Shown here piece after piece: positions 9,199 through 18,590 of a DNA stretch of 64,000 bases. Position numbers and translations under genes: made by a program. This DNA comes from Bryobacterales bacterium. Its GTDB lineage: Bacteria > Acidobacteriota > Terriglobia > Bryobacterales > Bryobacteraceae. The first letter of the stretch is position 1; each line of letters opens with the position of its first letter. The notes under the pieces are model-generated. The model made no database searches. It had not been told where the DNA came from and saw only the letters and a list, made by a program, of their open reading frames with translations. Location: contig JBBROK010000026.1 of NCBI GenBank assembly GCA_038229475.1, positions 1,354 through 65,353 of the forward strand, written 5' to 3'.

Positions 9199-10092
9199 CT
9201 ACGTCCGGGGCTGAGCGATGAGTTCGTAAATGCGCTCCAGGTCTTCGTCGGAGTAATACTCGATTTCGAGATGTCCGCCGGTGGTGCGGCCCGGGACGAG
9301 GCGAACACGAGTGCCGAGTGCGGCTTCCATATCGATGATGGCAGCCTTGACGTTGGGATCGATTGCCGGAGCTTCTTTCGGGGCACGGGGCGGTTTACCG
9401 GCGGCTTCGGTGGCCTCGGTAGTAAATTTTTCCATCTGGCGTACGGACCAGCCTTCGGTAATGGCGCGCTGTGCGACTTCTTTAATTCGGGTATCATCGC
9501 CGAGCTTGAGAAGGGCGCGCCCGTGGCCGGCGGAGAGTTGTCCCTGGGTTACCTGGCTTTGTACCGCGGCAGGGAGCTGCAGAAGGCGGATTGCGTTGGA
9601 GATGGTAACGCGGTCTTTGCCGGTACGCTGACCAATCTCTTCGTGGCTCAGGCTGAGTTCTTCCGCCATGCGTTCGAAGGCAGCGGCGAGTTCGATGGGA
9701 TTGAGGTCTTCGCGCTGGATATTTTCGACGATGGAAAGTTCCAGAGTCTTGGCGTCGTCATCATCGCGGACGATGGCGGGAACTTCGGCGAGGCCGGCGG
9801 CGCGCGCGGCACGCCAGCGGCGTTCACCGGCAATGATCTGGTAGACATTGTGACCGGTGCGGCGGACGAGCAGGGGCTGGAGCACTCCGTCGCGCGACAC
9901 GGATTGGGTAAGTTCACCGAGCGCGGTGGCGTCGAATTCGCGGCGCGGCTGATTGGGGTTGGGCTGCACCTGGTCTATCGGCAGCCGGGCAGGGCCGGAA
10001 GCCGACGCGGTTGGGACCGCGGCCGCCGGGCGTGGCGGCAAAAGGGAATGGAGACCCTTACCGAGCGCCTTGCGCGGATCGTTTTTGTTCAT
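9199..10092 (-). CDS. parB: Chromosome partitioning protein ParB/Spo0J
   Basis: Motifs [33 protein letters not shown] and an HTH region ([27 protein letters not shown]). It lies immediately downstream of parA. Confidence 0.9.
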   Translation of the reverse strand: MNKNDPRKALGKGLHSLLPPRPAAAVPTASASGPARLPIDQVQPNPNQPRREFDATALGELTQSVSRDGVLQPLLVRRTGHNVYQIIAGERRWRAARAAGLAEVPAIVRDDDDAKTLELSIVENIQREDLNPIELAAAFERMAEELSLSHEEIGQRTGKDRVTISNAIRLLQLPAAVQSQVTQGQLSAGHGRALLKLGDDTRIKEVAQRAITEGWSVRQMEKFTTEATEAAGKPPRAPKEAPAIDPNVKAAIIDMEAALGTRVRLVPGRTTGGHLEIEYYSDEDLERIYELIAQPRT

Positions 10093-10846
10093 TGGCGAGG
10101 ACTTCTTTCGCGAGCTGGATGTAGGCTTCGGAGCCCTTTGAGGCCGGATCGTACATCAGGATTGGCTTGCCGTGGCTGGGCGCTTCCGCGAGTCGAATGC
10201 TGCGCGGAATGACGGTGCGGAATACTTCCGAGCCGAAAAACTCCCGCAGGTCCGCCGCAACCTGTTTTACCAGATTGGTGCGTTCGTCGTACATGGTGAG
10301 CAGTATGCCTTCGATGCGCAGCGGATGGTCAAACGATTCGCGCACGCGGTCGATGGTGTCCATCAGTTCGGAGACGCCTTCCAGAGCGAAGAATTCACAC
10401 TGGATGGGGACGAGGACGGAATCGGAGGCGAGCAGGGCGTTGAGGGTTAGCAGGTCGAGGGCGGGCGGGCAATCGATGAGGATAAAAGTGTAGTCCTCTT
10501 TAATTGCTTCGAGGTGACCGCGCAGGACGGTTTCGCGGCCTTGCCGGCCAGAGAGTTCAAAGTTGATGCCGATAAGGTTTTTATCGGCGGGGAGAATGTC
10601 GAGGCCTTCCACGGTGGTGGTGCGGATGGCTTCGCGGATGTTCCGGTCGCGCAATTCGACGTCGTAAAGCGTGATCAGATCGGGAGTTTTTTCGATGCCC
10701 AGACCGCTGGTGGAGTTGCCCTGGGAATCTGAGTCAATGAGCAGGACGCGCACATCACAGGCGGCCAGCGCGGCGGCCAGATTAATGGCCGTAGTGGTCT
10801 TACCGACGCCGCCTTTCTGGTTGGTGATGGCAATGATGCGAGTCAA
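10058..10846 (-). CDS. parA: Chromosome partitioning ATPase ParA/Soj
   Basis: Deviant Walker A NQKGGVGKTTTAINLAAALA, a length of 262 aa, and a position upstream of parB. Confidence 0.9.
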   Translation of the reverse strand: MTRIIAITNQKGGVGKTTTAINLAAALAACDVRVLLIDSDSQGNSTSGLGIEKTPDLITLYDVELRDRNIREAIRTTTVEGLDILPADKNLIGINFELSGRQGRETVLRGHLEAIKEDYTFILIDCPPALDLLTLNALLASDSVLVPIQCEFFALEGVSELMDTIDRVRESFDHPLRIEGILLTMYDERTNLVKQVAADLREFFGSEVFRTVIPRSIRLAEAPSHGKPILMYDPASKGSEAYIQLAKEVLANEQKRSAQGAR

Positions 10847-10895
10847 ACGGTCACTTTAACACGGACCTGCTATAACGGGTTCCGGAAGGGCCACT

Positions 10896-12155
10896 ATGCT
10901 GAGTCGAATTCGCCTGATTGTCATATTGGCCGCGGTGGCAGCGCTGGGGCTGGCGCAGACCCTTGCGGTGCCGCGGCATCTGCCGCTGGTACTGACCTCG
11001 CCGGTGCAGGACAAGAACTTTTATCTGCTGTCGTTGATGGAACGGGATAAAGAGATTTTGCGCGCAGTAGACGCTGACCCGGTGCTGAGCCGGATAACGC
11101 GGGAGCGGAAGGAAGCCGTGGCGCGGGCGTGGCAGACGTGTACGGACGAGGTCGTGTGCTACCTCGCCCCGTTCCGGGTGACGGAGGCGGAGGTGACGGC
11201 GGCGGAGACGGCGCTACGGCAACTGTACGAGAGCCATGCGTCGGTGAGGCGGATGGCGGATGGGTCGCTGCGCGATTCCGGTGCCTACATGCGGCACAAT
11301 TCCAAACCGGCAGTGGAGATGCTGGTGTTGGCGTGGCGCGAAACGGCTGCGGGAATCAACCGGGTGATTGATGTTTATGGCGAAGGCAAATCCCCGCAGT
11401 ATGCGGAGATCGATTCGGTTTCCTACGACGTGAAGAGCGGCTTATTCCGGCAGACGGTGCGGACGGCGCTGGGGGTGGTGAACGAGGCCGCAGGTGAGCA
11501 CGATGCATTTTTCGCGCTGCCGCTTCACTTTGCCTTACATTTGCTGGGCATCAATATGCGGGATGAGGCGGGGCGGCACGAGCCGCTGGAATTGAAGGAT
11601 AATGCGGCAGCGGTGCGGTATATCCGGACCATTGCCTGGGACCACTATGCGTACAGCGTGATTGTGGTGCCGGGATCGGGAACGGACCGGTTGACCTGGA
11701 ATATTTCGGGGGCGTCAAAGCTGCGTTCAGAACTGGCGGCGCGACGATTTCGGGAGAAAAAAGCGCCGCTGATTCTGGTGTCGGGGGGATATGTGCATCC
11801 CAACCAGACGGCGTATGCGGAGGGGATCGAGATGAAGAAATATCTGGTGGATAACCTTGGGATTCCGGCGGAAGCGGTTATAGTGGAGCCACACGCGCGG
11901 CATACGACGACGAATATGCGGAATGCGGCGCGGCTGATCTATCGCTACGGAATTCCATTCGGGAAGAAGGCGCTGGTGACCACGGATAATTCGCAGAGTG
12001 CTTCGATGGAGAGCCTGGAGTTCGGGAGGCGTTGCGTGCGGGAACTGGGCTACGAGCCGCAGCGGATTCTGGGGCGGATCTCACCGTTTGATCTGGAGTT
12101 TTTGCCGGTAATCGATGCGCTGCATATTGACCCGCTGGATCCGCTGGACCCGTAG
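10896..12155 (+). CDS. DUF218 (YdcF/ElyC/SanA-type) domain protein with N-terminal extension
   Basis: Signal-like N-terminus. The C-terminal half (VIVVPGSG...LILVSGGYVHPNQTAYAEGIEMKKYLVDNLGIPAEAVIVEPHARHTTTN) matches the DUF218 pattern. Confidence 0.6.
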   Translation: MLSRIRLIVILAAVAALGLAQTLAVPRHLPLVLTSPVQDKNFYLLSLMERDKEILRAVDADPVLSRITRERKEAVARAWQTCTDEVVCYLAPFRVTEAEVTAAETALRQLYESHASVRRMADGSLRDSGAYMRHNSKPAVEMLVLAWRETAAGINRVIDVYGEGKSPQYAEIDSVSYDVKSGLFRQTVRTALGVVNEAAGEHDAFFALPLHFALHLLGINMRDEAGRHEPLELKDNAAAVRYIRTIAWDHYAYSVIVVPGSGTDRLTWNISGASKLRSELAARRFREKKAPLILVSGGYVHPNQTAYAEGIEMKKYLVDNLGIPAEAVIVEPHARHTTTNMRNAARLIYRYGIPFGKKALVTTDNSQSASMESLEFGRRCVRELGYEPQRILGRISPFDLEFLPVIDALHIDPLDPLDP

Positions 12156-12226
12156 CGTGTCAGTCTTCCTGCGGGTTCAGCTGCATGACTGATTCTCTAT
12201 TCTCAAATTCCATCGTAGCCCTTTGG

Positions 12227-12257
12227 TTGCAATGCAGCGCAGACTCTGGGCTATACT
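12227..12257 (+). promoter_or_regulatory. Candidate sigma-70-type promoter of the csp leader
   Basis: TTGCAA (12227-12232) and TATACT (12252-12257). The spacer is 19 nt, which is longer than optimal. Confidence 0.3.
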
Positions 12258-12309
12258 GTCTGCATAGCCGTTCGTTTCTTTGGTGATGGTCCTTCGTTGC
12301 AATAATCAG

Positions 12310-12351
12310 CAGGGCTCTGCGGCACCACCGCAGCAGCCCTGTTTTTGTTTT
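12310..12351 (+). terminator. Intrinsic-terminator-like hairpin + U-tract inside the csp 5' leader
   Basis: A 13-bp GC-rich stem with one bulge (12310-12322 / 12328-12341) and loop CACCA, followed by TTTTTGTTTT. It lies 155 nt after the previous stop and 57 nt before the csp ATG. Confidence 0.55.
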
Positions 12352-12407
12352 GGTACGGGGTTTCAGACGAAGAGTGCGCCGGTTGTGATTTTTTCAAGAG
12401 GTTTTGA

Positions 12408-12617
12408 ATGCGAGAAAAAGGTACAGTGAAGTGGTTTAACGCAGCCAAGGGCTACGGGTTTATTCAGCGGGAGACCGGCGAAGATGTATTCGTGCACTTC
12501 TCCGCCATCCAGACGAACGGCTACAGGAGCCTGGATGAAGGTTCGCGCGTGGAGTTTGAAGTGACCACGGGTCCCAAGGGCCTGCAGGCTTCGAACGTTG
12601 CGGCAATCGCCGGATAA
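12408..12617 (+). CDS. cspA: Cold-shock protein, CspA family
   Basis: [15 protein letters not shown] (RNP1) and DVFVHFSAI (RNP2). Length 69 aa, with an AGAGG Shine-Dalgarno site upstream. Confidence 0.95.
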   Translation: MREKGTVKWFNAAKGYGFIQRETGEDVFVHFSAIQTNGYRSLDEGSRVEFEVTTGPKGLQASNVAAIAG

Positions 12618-12631
12618 CAAAGAAACCAGCG

Positions 12632-12664
12632 GCGGGGCCGGAAGTGAACAACTCCGGCCCCCGC
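12632..12664 (+). terminator. GC-rich stem-loop between csp and infA (no U-tract)
   Basis: GCGGGGCCGGA ... TCCGGCCCCCGC, an imperfect 11-12 bp stem. There is no following T-run, so its function as a terminator is uncertain. Confidence 0.3.
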
Positions 12665-12686
12665 TACTGACAGATCAAGAGGTTTA

Positions 12687-12905
12687 ATGAGCAAGGAAGA
12701 CAGTATTGAAGTCCAGGGCACCGTGCTGGAAAAATTTCCCAGCGGGTTGTTCAGCGTGCAGCTGGAACATGAACGCATCGTGCTTGCGCACCTCGCCGGT
12801 CGCCTTCGCCGCAACCGCATCCGCGTGCTGGCAGGCGACAAAGTAACCCTCGAACTTTCCCCCTACGATCTGACCAAAGGCCGGATCACCTTCCGCCACC
12901 GCTAA
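12687..12905 (+). CDS. infA: Translation initiation factor IF-1
   Basis: The 72-aa protein ([13 protein letters not shown]...[27 protein letters not shown]) is near-canonical IF-1. Confidence 0.95.
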   Translation: MSKEDSIEVQGTVLEKFPSGLFSVQLEHERIVLAHLAGRLRRNRIRVLAGDKVTLELSPYDLTKGRITFRHR

Positions 12906-12941
12906 CCTCGCAGTTCCCCGGCTGACCCCGAACAGGCAACA

Positions 12942-14093
12942 ATGCTGAAAACCCTCTTCGTTTTCGGTACCAGGCCGGAGGCCATCAAACTGGCTCCGGT
13001 GATCAGGGAGTTGCGGGCCCGCCCGCATGAATTCGACGTTCGTATTGCGGTTACCGCTCAACATCGGCAGATGCTGGACCAGGTACTGGCGGTATTCCAT
13101 CTGGTTCCCGACTACGACTTGAATGTAATGCAGCCGGGCCAGACTCTGGCGGCACTCACGGCGCGGGCCCTGAGCGCGCTGGAACCGGTGATGGCCGAAG
13201 TCCGCCCGCATCTTGTTTACGTGCAGGGCGACACGACAACGACGCTGGCGGGAGCCCTGGCCGCGTTTTATGCGCGCTGTCCGGTGGCCCATGTGGAAGC
13301 GGGGCTGCGCACCGGCGATATGTCGCAGCCCTTTCCGGAGGAACTCAACCGGGTGTTGGTGGGGCGGCTGGCAGCAATTCATTTCGCAGCTACCGAAGGA
13401 GCGCGGCGGAATTTACTTGCCGAAGGAATAGCGGCGGATACGATTCATGTAACCGGCAACACCGGGATCGATGCCGTGCTGGACGTGTGCGGACGACTGG
13501 AACGCGGTGAACTGGCTGCCACCGCCTGGCCTTTTGTAGAAGCGGCGAAACATCTGATTGTGGTGACCGCGCACCGTCGGGAGAGTTTCGGCCCCGGTTT
13601 TGAGAATATCTGCCTGGCACTGCGAACCCTGGCAATGCGCGAGGACGTGACCATTGTCTACCCTGTGCATCGCAACCCCAACGTGGCCGGACCGGTCCAG
13701 AAACACCTGGCGGGCATTCGCGGAATTCACCTGATTGAACCACTGGAATACGCGCCTTTTGTGGATCTGATGCGCCGGGCAACGGTGATTCTGACCGATT
13801 CCGGTGGAATTCAGGAGGAAGCGCCATCCCTGGGAAAGCCGGTGCTTGTGATGCGGGAAAAAACCGAGCGACCGGAGGGCGTGGCAGCCGGAACGGTGCG
13901 GCTTACCGGAACTGATCCCGGCCGGATAGTGGCCGAGGTGCAGCGGCTGCTGGATAACCCGGCGCTGCGCGAGAGCCTGGCGCGGGTACACAACCCATAT
14001 GGAGACGGCAAGGCGAGCGGAAGAATCGCGGCGGCCAGCCTTCAGTTCGCGGCGGGAAAAGCGGCCAGCGCCGAACATACTTCCGCCAACTGA
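12942..14093 (+). CDS. wecB: UDP-N-acetylglucosamine 2-epimerase (non-hydrolysing)
   Basis: FGTRPEAIKLAPV, QGDTTTT, HVEAGLRT and DSGGIQEEAPSLGKPVLVMR are all characteristic. Confidence 0.9.
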   Translation: MLKTLFVFGTRPEAIKLAPVIRELRARPHEFDVRIAVTAQHRQMLDQVLAVFHLVPDYDLNVMQPGQTLAALTARALSALEPVMAEVRPHLVYVQGDTTTTLAGALAAFYARCPVAHVEAGLRTGDMSQPFPEELNRVLVGRLAAIHFAATEGARRNLLAEGIAADTIHVTGNTGIDAVLDVCGRLERGELAATAWPFVEAAKHLIVVTAHRRESFGPGFENICLALRTLAMREDVTIVYPVHRNPNVAGPVQKHLAGIRGIHLIEPLEYAPFVDLMRRATVILTDSGGIQEEAPSLGKPVLVMREKTERPEGVAAGTVRLTGTDPGRIVAEVQRLLDNPALRESLARVHNPYGDGKASGRIAAASLQFAAGKAASAEHTSAN

Positions 14094-15145
14094 CCGGGCG
14101 TCAGTTCAGGGTGCACGGGTAAAGACAGAACTTCGTTCGCGGCCCGTTCGGCGACGGGGAAGCTACCGGGGCCATAGCCGAGATCGGAGTGCGCGGGCTG
14201 CAGGTGAACCGGCACGGGATAATGGATTCCGCTCTGGATGCCGGCATTCTGCAGATGTTCCTGCAATTGGGCCCGGCGGCTAGTGCGCAGGGTGTACACG
14301 TGATACACATGGCGCCCCCCGGGCATCTCTTCCGGCGTGGCAAAACCGAGACGCCCCAGTTCCCGGTTATAGTGCGCGGCGTGGGCGCGGCGGGATTCCG
14401 TCCACGCATCCAGATGACGCAACTTGACCCGCAGTACCGCTCCCTGAATGCCTTCCAGACGATAGTTGAAGCCGCGCCAGGTGTGTTCGTATTTGCGGGC
14501 CGATCCCCAGTCGCGCAACATGCGGATCATATTGGCGTATTCGGGATTGCTGGTGGTCACCATGCCACCTTCGCCGAAGGCTCCCAGATTCTTACCCGGG
14601 TAGAAGCTGAAACACGCCATGTGGCCAATGGAACCGCAGCGGCGGCCCTTGTATTCGGCAGCGTGGGCCTGGGCGGCATCTTCGATCACAATCAGGTTGT
14701 GGCGACGGGCAATTTCCAGAATCGGATCCATGTCGGCAGACTGTCCGTAGAGGTGAACCGGCATAATTGCGCGGGTGGCGGGAGTGATGGCCTGCTCGAT
14801 TTTCGCGGGATCGAGATTGAACGAGCGGGTTTCGATATCGACGAACACGGGGCGCGCACCGGTATAGCGGATAGCGGCGGTGGAGGCGACGAAAGTGAAC
14901 GGGGTGGTGATGACCTCATGCCCGGCACCGATTCCGGCGGCGAGCAGGGCGAGATGAAGAGCACTGGTGCCTGAGTTCACGCCGATACCGGTCGCAGCGC
15001 CGCTATAAGCGGCGAATTCCTCTTCGAAAGCGGCGACTTCGGGGCCCAGAATGAAGGCACTGGACTCTATAACGCGGGCAATGGCAGCATCAATCTCCGG
15101 CTTGAGATTACTGTATTGCGTTTTCAGATCGGCCATGGGGACCAT
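14042..15145 (-). CDS. DegT/DnrJ/EryC1/StrS-family aminotransferase
   Basis: The family N-terminus MADLKTQYSNLKPEIDAAIARVIESSAFILGPEV starts at ATG 15145 or 15136. FYPGKNLGAFGEGG contains the PLP lysine context. The ORF extension to 15448 has low GC3 and no homology-like features. Confidence 0.85.
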   Translation of the reverse strand: MVPMADLKTQYSNLKPEIDAAIARVIESSAFILGPEVAAFEEEFAAYSGAATGIGVNSGTSALHLALLAAGIGAGHEVITTPFTFVASTAAIRYTGARPVFVDIETRSFNLDPAKIEQAITPATRAIMPVHLYGQSADMDPILEIARRHNLIVIEDAAQAHAAEYKGRRCGSIGHMACFSFYPGKNLGAFGEGGMVTTSNPEYANMIRMLRDWGSARKYEHTWRGFNYRLEGIQGAVLRVKLRHLDAWTESRRAHAAHYNRELGRLGFATPEEMPGGRHVYHVYTLRTSRRAQLQEHLQNAGIQSGIHYPVPVHLQPAHSDLGYGPGSFPVAERAANEVLSLPVHPELTPGQLAEVCSALAAFPAAN

Positions 15146-15565
15146 GCGCCGAGGGTAACATTTGGCCCGTCCGGAAATTCCAGTCACAACGCGCAGAAAA
15201 TAATTGGTGTTGAAATAATTGGACTTACGCCAGCCTGAGGGGCGCAGCCGGTAATTCAGCAGGTACTGTTTGATCGCGGGGGGCTGACGTTCTCCGCAAT
15301 CGAGGAAAGAATGCCTGGGGATCCAATCATCGTCATTGGCCCATTCTTTCTGTGATAGCAAGTCGCTGATAAAACAGCTTACGCGCTGCACAGGCGCGTT
15401 GTAGACCAAAAGCCGGCTTAGCCCGGCAGATCGCCTCGTGCGAATCAACTACTGGCACACGGCTGGCAATATCCCGTATACTTTGGACGGGTATATTGCC
15501 AGGCCGTCCAGGAAAAACCGCTGGGAAGGCACACATTCCGATTAGCCGCGATCACTGGCTTAGCA

Positions 15566-17887
15566 TTGATTGCGCTATCGCTTGCGGGCTCTTCGCAGGC
15601 GAACTCAACCAGAAAACAGAATAGTCTTGTGTCCGTCGAGCTACAGAGTCTCAGCGCGGCGGGCCGCGGTGCGTTCGCCGAAGGGCGATATGGTGAAGCT
15701 CGTCTGATTTTCCGCCAGGCGGCGAATAAAGCGGCGGTTGCCCACCTCCCGCAGCAAGAGGCAACGTACTGGAATAATGCGGGCGGCTGTGCCCTTGCGA
15801 GTCGGCAATTTCGTCAGGCGATGGAAGATTTTCAGCGGGCACGGCTTATCGCGGAACAGTCAAAAAGCCGGGTCGCGCTGTCTTACACGATGAGCAATCT
15901 GACCAGCCTGTATTTGCAGATGCTGAATCCGGCGGCGGCGGCGCAGACTGCGCAGGAGGCGCTGGCAGGGCCGGAAGGTCAGGCGGACTCGCCCACCACC
16001 ATCAAGATTCGGTTTCAACTGGCCTCGGCGCTGGCGCGTATGAAGCGGTTTGACGAGGCGTTGCCGCTTTTCCATCAGGCAATTTTTGAGATGGAGGAAC
16101 GCGGTGACCCGGAAACCACGGCAGCGTTCTGGTCGTCCATGGGCGGCGACTTGCTGGAGGCGGGGCGCTATGAGCTGGCGGAGACCGCGTTTACCGAGGC
16201 ATTGCGGCTGGTACGCGTCAACCATCTGAAGAATTCGGCGACCATTCTGAGTGGGCTGGCCAAGGTGAAGAACCATGGCGGCGACCGGCACCTGGCGGCT
16301 GTACTGTTCGACGCCGCATTGGCAGCTCCGCCGGGGCTGGCGGCGCGATGGGAACTGCTGACCGGCCGTGGCCATTTCCTGCTGGAACAGGGAAATGTGG
16401 CGGGGGCGCTGCGGGATTTCCGGGAGGCGCGACGAATTGTGGCGCTGCTGCGGGCAGACATGGTACCGGCCGATCAGGACCGGGTGACGCTGGAAAGTGG
16501 TATCGGCGCGGTACTGGCGGGCCTGGTGGACGCCGGGAACAGGCTGGCGGCAACCAGTGCGGACTTCCGGTTGTTGGCGGAAACCTTTGATGCCGCCGAA
16601 CAGGATCGGATGTGGAGTCTGCGGGCGCTAATCCCCGGTGTCAACGATTGGAGATCGCACCTGCCCGACCACTACTGGGAGGTTCTGGCGCGTTATCAAA
16701 TGATACAGCGGGCGGCGGGGGCGGGTGATGCGGCGACGCGCCTTTCCATACAGCTGGAAGAGATGGAGGCGGGGGCGGTGGGGCGCGGGTCTGCGGGCAA
16801 TGCGGCAGAGACTGGAGCCCTGCGTTACGTGCAGGGCCTGCTGGATGCGGATTCGGTACTGTTCAGCTTCCACCTGAGCAAGAGCGAGGCATGGGTTTGG
16901 GCGGTGGAGCGTGGGAGCGTGCGGGCGTATTCGCTGGGCGATCCGCAGGCGATTGAACGGGAGGCGACGGCATTCACCCGCGCAGTGCGGGAGGGAAAGA
17001 CGTCAACGGCTCAAGGTGCGACGCTGTTCCAGCGCCTGTTTGGACCGGTCCCGGAGGCGCGGCGACGCCACGCAAGATGGCTGCTGGAACTGGATTCGTC
17101 GTTATTCGCGGTTCCATTCGGCGCACTAGTGGTGAAAGAGGGCCCGCAGCCGGTCTATCTGGTGGAAAAAGCTACGCTGGAAATTGTGCCCGGGGCGTTG
17201 CTGCTGAAGCGGGGGTCGGTACCGGCAAACGGCGCGTTTATCGGTATGGGCGATGCGATTTACAACGCGGCGGACCCCCGCTACCGGGGTAGGCACGGCA
17301 CCGGACGGGCCACGCTGTCACGTCTTCCACAAACGGCTGACGAACTGGAGAATTGTGTCCGGGAATGGGGCGGCGCGCGAAACCGCTTGCTGACCGGGGC
17401 CGATGCCACGGAAAGTTCCCTGCGTCTTGCAATGGCGGCCGCGCCTTCGATTCTGCATTTTGCGACCCACGTAGTGACGGCACCGGGTGACAACCGCAGC
17501 GGCATGATTGCGCTCAGTCTGGATGAGAACGGCTGGTTGGGTCTGATGGGTCCGAAGGAGATTCTGGCGCGGCCCGTAAGCGCCGCTCTGGTGGTACTGA
17601 ACGGATGCCATTCGGCGCAGGGCGATGCACTGTCCGGAACGGGCCTGATGGGTCTGACCCGGGCATGGATTGGCGCAGGGGCGGGTGCCGTTTTGGCCAC
17701 TCAATGGGATGTTCCCGACGCCACAGCACAAAACGTGGTGAGGGCATTTTATCGGGCATTGCGAACAGCTCCGGAGGCGGGAATGGGGGCGGCACTACGA
17801 GCGGCCCAATTAAAGGTACTGCGCGCCGGAAAGAGAAATAGTCCCACTGATTGGGCAGGGTATTTCCTTCTAAGCAGGTGGATATGA
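15566..17887 (+). CDS. TPR-repeat + CHAT (caspase-like protease) domain protein
   Basis: The N-terminal two-thirds has TPR-like helical repeats. The C-terminal CHAT context is ILHFATHVV (His) and VVLNGCHSAQG (Cys). The listed start is TTG 15566. The in-frame upstream codons encode GRHTFRLAAITGLAL, which completes a Sec signal peptide, so a CTG start at 15521 is possible. Confidence 0.85.
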   Translation: MIALSLAGSSQANSTRKQNSLVSVELQSLSAAGRGAFAEGRYGEARLIFRQAANKAAVAHLPQQEATYWNNAGGCALASRQFRQAMEDFQRARLIAEQSKSRVALSYTMSNLTSLYLQMLNPAAAAQTAQEALAGPEGQADSPTTIKIRFQLASALARMKRFDEALPLFHQAIFEMEERGDPETTAAFWSSMGGDLLEAGRYELAETAFTEALRLVRVNHLKNSATILSGLAKVKNHGGDRHLAAVLFDAALAAPPGLAARWELLTGRGHFLLEQGNVAGALRDFREARRIVALLRADMVPADQDRVTLESGIGAVLAGLVDAGNRLAATSADFRLLAETFDAAEQDRMWSLRALIPGVNDWRSHLPDHYWEVLARYQMIQRAAGAGDAATRLSIQLEEMEAGAVGRGSAGNAAETGALRYVQGLLDADSVLFSFHLSKSEAWVWAVERGSVRAYSLGDPQAIEREATAFTRAVREGKTSTAQGATLFQRLFGPVPEARRRHARWLLELDSSLFAVPFGALVVKEGPQPVYLVEKATLEIVPGALLLKRGSVPANGAFIGMGDAIYNAADPRYRGRHGTGRATLSRLPQTADELENCVREWGGARNRLLTGADATESSLRLAMAAAPSILHFATHVVTAPGDNRSGMIALSLDENGWLGLMGPKEILARPVSAALVVLNGCHSAQGDALSGTGLMGLTRAWIGAGAGAVLATQWDVPDATAQNVVRAFYRALRTAPEAGMGAALRAAQLKVLRAGKRNSPTDWAGYFLLSRWI

Positions 17888-18552
17888 CATCGACATCCGG
17901 GGTAAGATCGCAGGCAGTGGCAAATGACGCCGATGTAGCGGAAGAGATGACACCGGGCAACACCGCGACCAGTCAAACAGACTGGGCGCAGGTGGTGGAG
18001 TGCATTCGTCAGGGCGACCCGGGGGCGCAGGAGGAGTTGTACGCCTATTTCGGTACAGGGGTGCGATATTTTCTATTGCGGCGGCTGGGTGGTGATGAGC
18101 TGGAGGACCGGGTTCACGATATTTTTCTGATTGTCACGGAGGCGATTCGAAACGGAGAACTACGGGAACCGGCGCGCCTGATGGGTTATATCCGGACGGT
18201 GGTTCGGCGTACCATTGCAGGGGTGATTCAGGAGAAGATAAATTCGCGGATCAGTTATTCGGATCCGGCAGAGGTTGGGTTTTCGCTGGCAGACTGGAGG
18301 CTGGATCCGGAGAAGAGGGCCCAGCAGGAGCAACGCGCAGACGTGGTACGTCGGCTGCTGAAGGGCGCGTCGCGACGCGACCGGGAAGTTTTGCGCCGCT
18401 TCTACGTGGAAGAGCAGTCGCAGGAACAGATTTGTGTGGAGATGCGGTTGAGCTACAACCAGTTCCGGCTGCTGAAATCGCGGGCGAAAACCCGCTTCAG
18501 TGAGATGGCGCGGCGGGTAGCCGGGAGGATGGGGCTGGGCGACGGGAAATAA
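17884..18552 (+). CDS. Sigma-70-family (ECF-like) RNA polymerase sigma factor
   Basis: ATG 17884 overlaps the CHAT stop (ATGA). There is a region-2-like segment (RVHDIFLIVTEAI) and a region-4 segment (REVLRRFYVEEQSQEQICVEMRLSYNQFRLLKSRAKTRF). Confidence 0.8.
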   Translation: MTSTSGVRSQAVANDADVAEEMTPGNTATSQTDWAQVVECIRQGDPGAQEELYAYFGTGVRYFLLRRLGGDELEDRVHDIFLIVTEAIRNGELREPARLMGYIRTVVRRTIAGVIQEKINSRISYSDPAEVGFSLADWRLDPEKRAQQEQRADVVRRLLKGASRRDREVLRRFYVEEQSQEQICVEMRLSYNQFRLLKSRAKTRFSEMARRVAGRMGLGDGK

Positions 18553-18590
18553 AAAGTTGAGAATTTTTCGGATTCCACAGCACTACTTGA

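Noticed and set aside
9195-9497. Upstream extensions of several ORFs, for example cytochrome c to 9497, nadA to 23026, the PEP-CTERM protein to 5092, the hydrolase-like protein to 23117 and the AAA partner to 6989
   Set aside because: Internal ATGs give proper signal peptides or family N-termini, often with RBSs. The extensions overlap neighbouring genes.
9199-10895. Possible replication origin because parA-parB are present
   Set aside because: I found no cluster of DnaA boxes. I saw isolated TTATCCACA-like sequences only inside coding regions (about 47887 and about 8243). No dnaA, dnaN or gidA genes are present, so oriC cannot be called from this window.
15146-15448. 101-codon N-terminal extension of the DegT aminotransferase ORF
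   Set aside because: DegT-family proteins begin at the MADLKTQY... position. The extension has a third-position G/C of only about 56% by my count and no family resemblance. I treat it as non-coding.
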